In this document: piece after piece, positions 16,093 to 22,081 of the stretch
How the letters are laid out: the number at the start of each line of letters is the position of its first letter
How positions within the stretch are numbered: the first letter of the stretch is position 1
NCBI GenBank assembly: GCA_964599455.1
Contig: CAZREA010000011.1
Location: 1 to 24,603, forward strand
DNA length: 24,603 nt
Origin: an uncultured Gammaproteobacteria bacterium
GTDB taxonomy: Bacteria > Patescibacteriota > Patescibacteriia > UBA9934
Direction: 5' to 3'
Program-made: the position numbers and the translations under genes
The notes under the pieces: generated by a model
Databases searched by the model: none
What the model saw: only the letters and a program-made list of their open reading frames with translations
Told to the model about the DNA's origin: nothing

Positions 16093-16205
16093 CACTTTAC
16101 TCCTCCACAGCATAGGACAAAGATCACGATCATCACGATGACGATTGTGACGATGAGCTTGAACTCCTCCTTCTCGGGGTCTTTCTTTTTTTCTTCTGCA
16201 TTCAT
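16092..16205 (-). CDS. Micro-ORF 1: 37-aa single-TM peptide
   Basis: Hand-translated as MNAEEKKKDPEKEEFKLIVTIVIVMIVIFVLCCGGVK. GGAGGTG (16211-16217) lies 5 nt upstream of the ATG at 16205-16203. The stop TGA overlaps the next ATG (TGATG). Below the 60-aa ORF-track cutoff. Confidence 0.6.
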   Translation of the reverse strand: MNAEEKKKDPEKEEFKLIVTIVIVMIVIFVLCCGGVK

Positions 16206-16225
16206 GAAGACACCTCCTACCGAAT

Positions 16226-16252
16226 CTTATAGAAAACAGAGATCTTTTTCAA
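16226..16252 (-). promoter_or_regulatory. Possible sigma70-like promoter for the micro-ORF cluster
   Basis: On the minus strand: TTGAAA (16252-16247), a 15-nt spacer, then TATAAG (16231-16226), about 20 nt upstream of the micro-ORF 1 ATG. The spacer is short. Read-through from the methyltransferase gene is equally possible. Confidence 0.25.
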
Positions 16253-16263
16253 TACTCGCCGTA

Positions 16264-17436
16264 TTATTTCTTTTCAAATCTCAATAATTCCCGGCCCACA
16301 AATTGTCCCTCATGACGATAAAGAAGTGACGTTTCAAAGGGAAGATGTTTGTAGCCGACACGTTCAAGTGCGTCGATGGTATCCACGGCGTATGCTTCTT
16401 GATCAAGAAAATGGACCGGCGAGGCAATAATGACGCGGGCACCAGGTTTGAGAGTAGGGAAGAGTGCAGCAAAACTTTCCGAGTACAGATTTTCGAGATA
16501 ACGAACTGCTTCTTCGAGTTGTTCTCGCGTTTCCTGTCCTTGACGGGGTTTGCCGAGATACGGTTCGGTGACGAGGATATCGATACTTTCTGGGGCAAGA
16601 TGCTCAATGAGTTTTTCGGCGGGTACGGCAAACAGATCAAGCTCGTGATGCAGACCAAGTTCTTTTTCTGCCCACACAAGATTTGCCTTGGTGTCGGCAA
16701 TTGCTTGTGCACTAATATCGCCGCCCACAAGACGAGAGGCACCAAGAAGCGATGCTTCCATGAGCACGGTGCCGCTGCCGCAAAACGGATCGAGCACGGT
16801 GGTGTTTGCCAGATTGCGACCGGCAAGATTGAGCATGATGCGCGCAAGTTTTGGTGGCAACATGCCTTGCTTGGCATTGGTGCGTGGACGTTCGCGATCG
16901 CGTTTGGTCCAAGCGTCGATATTTTGGATCGCTTCGGTTTTACCAATAAACAGTTTTTCGAGTGTAGCGAGAATAATGAATTCCGCACCTTTTTCGATGA
17001 GATGATTGCTCAGAATGGTGGCTGCATTTAAAACCGGCGTTTTACTCATCACATAGCGAGCGGATTTTTCTTGGGCGCGTAAGCTTTGCTTGATCGCAAT
17101 ACCCAGGTGATGAATTTCCGGTCCAAGTTTTTGTACGATTTTTTGCTCGCCATACACGCTGATACCAAAGTGCACTTTGCTCTCTCGCAACGTGAGCAGC
17201 TCTTCGGTAAAAAGATCGGTCAGCTCGGTAGGGGTTGCGTTGGCAGGAAGTTCGGCAACCAGTGTGCCAATCTTTTGTGATCCGCCCAATTGCTCCATTA
17301 AGCGAGTGCTATTCCAAGACGTATCGTCATATATTGCGAATGTTGGCGAAGAAAGAGACGGACTATCTCCCGAAACCGCTTTAATTTCTTCAATGGAGAT
17401 ATCAGGATGGGCACCTAGAATGGCAAACGTTTGCAT
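16264..17436 (-). CDS. SAM-dependent methyltransferase, UPF0020/Trm11/RlmL-like (probable RNA N2-guanine type; a DNA target is not excluded)
   Basis: The ORF track gives 16264..17454. I moved the start to Met7 (MQTFAILGAHPDISIEEI). Motif I is VLDPFCGSGTVLMEASLLGA. The motif IV variant is ILVTEPYLGKP (NPPY-like). The N-terminal ~190 aa could be a THUMP-like RNA-binding domain. Confidence 0.6.
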   Translation of the reverse strand: MQTFAILGAHPDISIEEIKAVSGDSPSLSSPTFAIYDDTSWNSTRLMEQLGGSQKIGTLVAELPANATPTELTDLFTEELLTLRESKVHFGISVYGEQKIVQKLGPEIHHLGIAIKQSLRAQEKSARYVMSKTPVLNAATILSNHLIEKGAEFIILATLEKLFIGKTEAIQNIDAWTKRDRERPRTNAKQGMLPPKLARIMLNLAGRNLANTTVLDPFCGSGTVLMEASLLGASRLVGGDISAQAIADTKANLVWAEKELGLHHELDLFAVPAEKLIEHLAPESIDILVTEPYLGKPRQGQETREQLEEAVRYLENLYSESFAALFPTLKPGARVIIASPVHFLDQEAYAVDTIDALERVGYKHLPFETSLLYRHEGQFVGRELLRFEKK

Positions 17437-17529
17437 ATGGACGCTAGTGTACATGAAGTGGATATCTTCTCCTACTACCCCCTTTCAGAGGGTAATATTC
17501 TCCTTATTGTATCGGTTCGATGTCGACTT

Positions 17530-18600
17530 ATGAAAAATATTGAAGGATTTGTTTCCAGAGAACCTGTTTCGCGGGAAGATAAGGTGTATAGGGAGCATCT
17601 TCAACAGAAAAGAGAGAATCCTTCTGGGATAAAGAATCCGAAGAATGATATCTCTTTTGGATCAGCGGCATTGCGAGGATCAGAAGAATTCGAAAAGATA
17701 AAATCGCGTATTTCTTTAAGTATAAACGAAGGAATAATATCGGCAGATCAAGGAGAGTCTTCATTGCAGAGAGAACGGCAGATGCAAGCAAGAGAGCTTC
17801 GTGATGCTTTTGAGCACTTGCGCCTTGTTGAAGGTATGACCGATCTTTCCAAATCACAAGTTGAACTTTTGCTCGTGCGGGCGTTGTATGACAAAAATGT
17901 TCAAGCTACATGGGGCGAAGATATACAACCGGTACCGATGGAGCCGGAAGATTTTTGGAAATGTTTCGATGCCGGTCAGGTTTCCGAAACGGTACTCATC
18001 GCCATTCTTCGTCAGCGACAGGAATACATGCAGGAAGTGCAAAGAGAAAAGGAAACACTTTTTAATAAATACCGTGAGGAATTTCGAACTCGGCTACATG
18101 AGGAGATTGCTGTAGGATTCATTCCCGCAGACGATCGTTTTGATGAGTTAATTGATTCGGTACAATTTTTTGTTCTTGACGAAGTGAATGGTTGGAATCC
18201 CTATACAAGGTCAGTGAGAGGAGGTCGGTCACACGGAGCGGGCATTATTACTCTTGAAGTAGGAGAGGATGATAGTTTTATTCGTGATCTTGTTTTTCAC
18301 GAAATGATGCATGTCATGGCTGGGAAAATGACCGAACGCTACAATTTTATTGTTCAAGGCGTGAAGGGAGAGAGTTATCGTAAACGTAAAGGAGGCTTGA
18401 AGTTTTTTCGTGGAGATAAGAATGGTGCCTTGGGAAGATGGCTTGATGAAGGGATGACCGAAAGATATGGCTCTGGCTGGCTTAAGCTTTTTGAGGAAGA
18501 AGTACAGGGAAAAGAAAATCCCATTTTTGCAAAGAAAAAAGCAGATTTGGCAAAGGCTCGAGCTGAACTGCAAGAATCGTTTGATCCCTCGTCTCAGTAG
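17530..18600 (+). CDS. Hypothetical cytoplasmic protein with a gluzincin-like HExxH...WLxEG motif
   Basis: The ORF track gives 17431..18600. The start is taken at ATG 17530 (MKNIEGFV), divergent from the methyltransferase gene. It contains DLVFHEMMHVMAG and, 40-50 aa downstream, RWLDEGMTERYG. There is no signal peptide. The N-terminal half is charged and coiled-coil-like. Confidence 0.6.
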   Translation: MKNIEGFVSREPVSREDKVYREHLQQKRENPSGIKNPKNDISFGSAALRGSEEFEKIKSRISLSINEGIISADQGESSLQRERQMQARELRDAFEHLRLVEGMTDLSKSQVELLLVRALYDKNVQATWGEDIQPVPMEPEDFWKCFDAGQVSETVLIAILRQRQEYMQEVQREKETLFNKYREEFRTRLHEEIAVGFIPADDRFDELIDSVQFFVLDEVNGWNPYTRSVRGGRSHGAGIITLEVGEDDSFIRDLVFHEMMHVMAGKMTERYNFIVQGVKGESYRKRKGGLKFFRGDKNGALGRWLDEGMTERYGSGWLKLFEEEVQGKENPIFAKKKADLAKARAELQESFDPSSQ

Positions 18601-18679
18601 GAGATCTCCCTGAGTGTACCCGCTCTTCTTGCCTTTTTTGCTGACCTCAGCTACTCTTTTGCCACTTATTCTTGTCCGT

Positions 18680-18735
18680 GACCCTGAGCTTGGCGAAGGG
18701 TCGTCCCTCCTAAATGAAGAGGGACCAGGAGGCCG
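18680..18735 (+). promoter_or_regulatory. Two adjacent hairpins plus AGGAGG in the rpsF leader
   Basis: GACCCT-(11 nt)-AGGGTC (18680-18702) is followed by GTCCCTC-(9 nt)-GAGGGAC (18703-18725). AGGAGG (18727-18732) lies 3 nt before ATG 18736. Confidence 0.3.
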
Positions 18736-18780
18736 ATGTATTTGAGACGAGTTTCGTCAAATACGTCAGTCGACTTTACT

Positions 18781-19257
18781 ATGATGTATGAAATCATGAC
18801 GATCATCCCGTCCCGCATTAGCGATACGGAGATCGATACGGCTATCGCTACAATAGCAAAACTCGTGGAAAACGCGGGTGGTAAGGTAGAAAAGACACAA
18901 AATCTTGGCAAAATGAAACTCGCCTATCCCATCGAGCATCAGCGACATGGGACGTATGTGTTGGTATATGCCGACATTGCCGCCGAGGTTATGCCAAAGC
19001 TCGATCAAAATTTGCGCTTGACCGAAGAAGTGATTCGTCACCTCATCATTGCTCGCCCAAATGGTATTCCTACGGCCGACTTTAAATTGGTGTCGTACAC
19101 GGTGCCGCTTACACCCGAAGGTCGTCGCGCGAGTGAACGCGATGATCGTCCCGTGAAGCCTTCATCTGAAGCTCTTGCCGACAAAGCGTTATCCACGGTT
19201 GAAATTGAAGGGAAGCTCGATGCTATTTTAGATTCTGATATCATGAAAAATATCTAA
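18781..19257 (+). CDS. rpsF: 30S ribosomal protein S6 with a C-terminal extension
   Basis: MMYEIMTIIPSR...GKVEKTQNLGKMKLAYPIEHQRHGTYVLVYADI...LRLTEEVIRHLI matches S6. The conserved core starts at 18781/18784. The upstream in-frame ATG at 18736, preceded by AGGAGG, would add 15 aa and remains a possible start. Confidence 0.85.
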   Translation: MMYEIMTIIPSRISDTEIDTAIATIAKLVENAGGKVEKTQNLGKMKLAYPIEHQRHGTYVLVYADIAAEVMPKLDQNLRLTEEVIRHLIIARPNGIPTADFKLVSYTVPLTPEGRRASERDDRPVKPSSEALADKALSTVEIEGKLDAILDSDIMKNI

Positions 19258-19262
19258 TATCT

Positions 19263-19727
19263 ATGGCTGGATCTTTGAATCGTGCCATGCTCATTGGCAA
19301 CCTGACGCGCGACCCTGAATTGCGCAAAACGGCCGGTGGTCAGAGCGTTTGCTCATTCAGCATTGCCACGAACCGAAGCTATACCGATGCATCGGGTCAA
19401 AAAAAAGAACAGGTTGATTATCACAATATTGTCACCTGGGGAAAGTTGGCTGAGATTTGTGGTCAATATTTAGTGAAAGGCAAAAAGATTTACGTTGATG
19501 GTCGTTTGCAAACTCGTGAATGGGAGGCGCAGGATGGTCAAAAACGTTTCCGTACCGAAATTGTAGCGGAAAATATGATCATGCTTGATCGTCCTGGCCA
19601 AGGTGGTTCGGGTATGGGCGGGGGTATGAATAATGCTGGATTTGCTGCATCGATGCCGACCAGTGAAGTTGAAGCGCCCTCGACCAATCCTGATGATGAA
19701 ATTAAACTTGAAGATATTCCTTTTTAA
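19263..19727 (+). CDS. ssb: Single-stranded DNA-binding protein
   Basis: The OB fold reads LNRAMLIGNLTRDPELRKTAGGQSVCSFSIATNRSY...VDYHNIVTWGKLAEICGQYLVKGKKIYVDGRLQTREW. It has a Gly-rich linker and an acidic C-terminal tip DDEIKLEDIPF. Confidence 0.95.
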   Translation: MAGSLNRAMLIGNLTRDPELRKTAGGQSVCSFSIATNRSYTDASGQKKEQVDYHNIVTWGKLAEICGQYLVKGKKIYVDGRLQTREWEAQDGQKRFRTEIVAENMIMLDRPGQGGSGMGGGMNNAGFAASMPTSEVEAPSTNPDDEIKLEDIPF

Positions 19728-19736
19728 TCCATACGT

Positions 19737-19955
19737 ATGTTGCAACGAAATACTGAACGACACTGCTTCTTTTGTGTGAATAAAGATGTAGTTGTTGATT
19801 ACAAAAATACGGATATGCTAAAGCGCTTCATCTCTTCCTTTGGGAAGATTGTTTCACGCAAGCGCAGCGGTGTTTGTGCTAAGCATCAACGTGAAATTGC
19901 GCAAGAAATCAAGCGCTCACGTGTCATTGGGTTGTTGCCGTTTGTCGCACGATAA
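19737..19955 (+). CDS. rpsR: 30S ribosomal protein S18
   Basis: 72 aa: CFFCVNKDVVVDYKNTDMLKRFISSFGKIVSRKRSGVCAKHQREIAQEIKRSRVIGLLPF. It sits in the conserved rpsF-ssb-rpsR arrangement. Confidence 0.95.
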   Translation: MLQRNTERHCFFCVNKDVVVDYKNTDMLKRFISSFGKIVSRKRSGVCAKHQREIAQEIKRSRVIGLLPFVAR

Positions 19956-20018
19956 CGGATAATACGGATAAACGACGGATGGGACGGATCGCGGACGTCC
20001 CGTGGTCCCTCCGGATGT

Positions 20019-20046
20019 AGAGACGACCCGACGGGTCGTCTCTTTC
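20019..20046 (+). terminator. Rho-independent terminator after rpsR
   Basis: AGAGACGACC-CGACG-GGTCGTCTCT (10 bp) followed by TTT. Confidence 0.65.
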
Positions 20047-20078
20047 GTTCAATAATGTGTTACGCGCACCATGTATAT

Positions 20079-21122
20079 ATGATTTCCCGCGACGATATCC
20101 AATTCCGGGCACAATTATGGAATCGAGTATACGATTATCTCGATCATTTTTTTCGTTCACGTGGCTACATCGAAGTTCGAACGCCATTGTTGGTGCAATC
20201 GCCAGGCATGGAACCGAACCTAGACCCGATTGGTGTTGATATTCGGATTCTTGGATCAAATGGTTTCTTGGGACGAAACCAGAACGAAGGAAGCGTAGCT
20301 CGACCCTCCTCCTTCCAGGAGGGGGAATTAAAGGGGGAGGCTGATTGTTTGCGAGGCGGCCTCATCACCAGCCCCGAATACAGCATGAAAAAATTGCTTG
20401 GCACTGGCATGGAGGCGATTTATACGATTACGCCCGTGTTTCGTAACTGCGAAAAGCTTGGCGAGCGGTGGAGTGTGGAGTTTACGATGCTTGAATGGTA
20501 TCGTCAGCATGTGGATTATCGTGCGTGCATGGATGAAACCGAGGAGCTCGTCAATGGTCTTTTGGGATGGGAAGGGAAGTGGCAGCGGATTTCGTATGTC
20601 GACGAGTTTGAAAAGATTTGTGGCTTTGTTCCGCGTGAAGAGTCGCGAGATGAGTTGCTCCATCTCGGAAAAGAGCACGGGCTTACCATCAACGAGCAAG
20701 ATGCGGTTCATGAACTCATCGATCAACTTTTTTACGCCCTTGTCTGGCCACAGATAAAAAAAGAAGAACGATACATGCTGTGCGAATTCCCGATTCCCTG
20801 TGCCTCGTTGGCTCGAGTCGGTGCTGATGGCCGATACGCAGAGCGATTCGAGGCTTTCGTTGGCGAGATCGAACTTTGCAACGGTTTTACTGAACTTGTC
20901 GATGCAGATGAGCAGCGCCGTCGTTTTCTCCTGGAAGCCGAAGAACGTCGATCTTTGGATAAAGAGGTCTTTCCCATTGACGAAGAGCTCTTGTCTCGGC
21001 TATCCTCGATCGCGTCTCCCACATACGGCAATGCCCTCGGTGTCGACCGTTTGGTCATGCTAGCTGCCGGTATGAAAGATATTGATTCTATCCATTTATT
21101 TCCTCCTTCGCAGAGATTTTAA
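20079..21122 (+). CDS. epmA: EF-P--(R)-beta-lysine ligase EpmA (GenX/PoxA; truncated class II LysRS paralogue)
   Basis: The ORF track gives 20055..21122; the start is taken at Met9 (MISRDDIQFRAQLW). Class II motifs are collinear with E. coli EpmA: RGYIEVRTPLL, ITSPEYSMKKLL, VFRNCEKLGERWSVEFTMLEWY, ERFEAFVGEIELCNGFTEL, and GNALGVDRLVMLAAG. The stop lies 2 nt before efp. Confidence 0.8.
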   Translation: MISRDDIQFRAQLWNRVYDYLDHFFRSRGYIEVRTPLLVQSPGMEPNLDPIGVDIRILGSNGFLGRNQNEGSVARPSSFQEGELKGEADCLRGGLITSPEYSMKKLLGTGMEAIYTITPVFRNCEKLGERWSVEFTMLEWYRQHVDYRACMDETEELVNGLLGWEGKWQRISYVDEFEKICGFVPREESRDELLHLGKEHGLTINEQDAVHELIDQLFYALVWPQIKKEERYMLCEFPIPCASLARVGADGRYAERFEAFVGEIELCNGFTELVDADEQRRRFLLEAEERRSLDKEVFPIDEELLSRLSSIASPTYGNALGVDRLVMLAAGMKDIDSIHLFPPSQRF

Positions 21123-21124
21123 CT

Positions 21125-21688
21125 ATGTCTCCAAATGATATTCGCAAAGGTACGGTTATCAATTACGAAAACGATCTCTGGGTCGTTGTCAGTTTCCAGC
21201 GCGTGTCTCCTGGTAAAGGCAGTTCCTTTGTTCGCACAAAAATAAAATCACTTTCTAGCGGCAAGGTTGTAGAAAATAATTTTAAATCTTCCGAATCGCT
21301 TACGTTTGAACAGGTCGGTTTTAAAAAGATGCAATTTATTTTCGGTGACGAAAACACCCTCACCTTCATGGACGGCCAAACCTACGAGCAGGTAGCTATT
21401 GGTCGAGATACGATTGGAGATGACGCGAAATATTTGAAGGAAGGTCTTGATGTAACGGTGATTATGCACGGTGATCGCGCTATTTCGATGGAACTTCCGC
21501 TTAAGATCGAATATGTTGTTGCTGAAACTGAACCAGCGGTCAAAGGTGATACGGCTTCAGGTAACGTGTTGAAAGATGCCAAGATGGACAACGGTTTAAT
21601 GGTTCGTGTGCCGATTTTCATTAAAGAAGGCGATACGCTCATGATCTCGACCGAATCTGGTGATTACGTGGAACGCGTGAGTCGCTAG
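21125..21688 (+). CDS. efp: Translation elongation factor P
   Basis: 187 aa: NDIRKGTVINYENDLWVVVSFQRVSPGKGSSFVRTKIKSLSSGKVVE... The modifiable Lys sits in the PGKG loop, and the protein has typical EF-P length. Confidence 0.95.
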   Translation: MSPNDIRKGTVINYENDLWVVVSFQRVSPGKGSSFVRTKIKSLSSGKVVENNFKSSESLTFEQVGFKKMQFIFGDENTLTFMDGQTYEQVAIGRDTIGDDAKYLKEGLDVTVIMHGDRAISMELPLKIEYVVAETEPAVKGDTASGNVLKDAKMDNGLMVRVPIFIKEGDTLMISTESGDYVERVSR

Positions 21689-21770
21689 ATGTCATTGCGA
21701 AGAGATAGGTGATTCCCATGAATTGATTGTTCGGCACCTGCCCTGAATAATAGAGAGGGAAGCAAGTGAT

Positions 21771-21807
21771 AAAAAATCTGATCTCATCATGAGATCAGAT
21801 TTTTTTG
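21771..21807. terminator. Bidirectional rho-independent terminator
   Basis: A6-ATCTGATCTCAT-C-ATGAGATCAGAT-T7, a perfect 12-bp palindrome. It lies between the 3' end of efp (+) and the 3' end of the minus-strand tRNA. Confidence 0.8.
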
Positions 21808-21831
21808 GTCCCGGACCATAATTCGAGCTTT

Positions 21832-21907
21832 TGGTGGACCTAGGGAGAATCGAACTCCCGCTACTCGGTACCAACTCGAGTGTGCTGACCACATACACCA
21901 TAGGCCC
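21832..21907 (-). tRNA. Atypical tRNA: best fold gives anticodon UGG (Pro) on a tRNA-Ala-type acceptor stem
   Basis: Reverse complement: GGGCCTA TG GTGT ATGTGGTCA GCAC A CTCGA GTTGGTA CCGAG TAGC GGGAG TTCGATT CTCCC TAGGTCC A CCA (76 nt). The T arm and D arm are good. The anticodon stem has an A31/C39 mismatch; alternatively it forms 5 bp with a 9-nt loop. Position 37 is U. The acceptor carries G3:U70 and A73. Confidence 0.7.
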
Positions 21908-21920
21908 AAGTGGTCCGGGG

Positions 21921-21976
21921 TAAAGAAACAAAAGACTCCCCAAGTATTTCACTGAAGAAATACTTTTTGGGGAGTC
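21921..21976 (-). terminator. Hairpin plus T-tract downstream of the zinc-ribbon gene, 26 nt upstream of the tRNA
   Basis: On the minus strand: GACTCCCCAAAAAGTATTTC-TTCAGT-GAAATACTTGGGGAGTC (with a 3-nt bulge), followed by TTTTGTTTCTTT. Confidence 0.55.
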
Positions 21977-22081
21977 GAATTGTGGTACCGAGCGAAATGG
22001 CCAAAGCCACACTCGAGTACTTCTATATCATCATGACTTTTTGCTCGCGTCAAGTTATAATAGGGAATTTTATGGGGAAAA

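Noticed and set aside
16281-17533. Alternative-frame ORFs over the methyltransferase gene (16281..16988-, 16345..17031+, 16688..17005+, 17177..17533+)
   Set aside because: The 390-aa frame carries the SAM-binding and NPPY-like motifs. The others are overlapping-frame noise.
18666-18911. 81-aa minus-strand ORF ending in …LRQAQGHGQE
   Set aside because: It runs antisense across the rpsF start and the leader hairpins. Its C-terminal peptide is just the translation of the GACCCT…AGGGTC palindrome.
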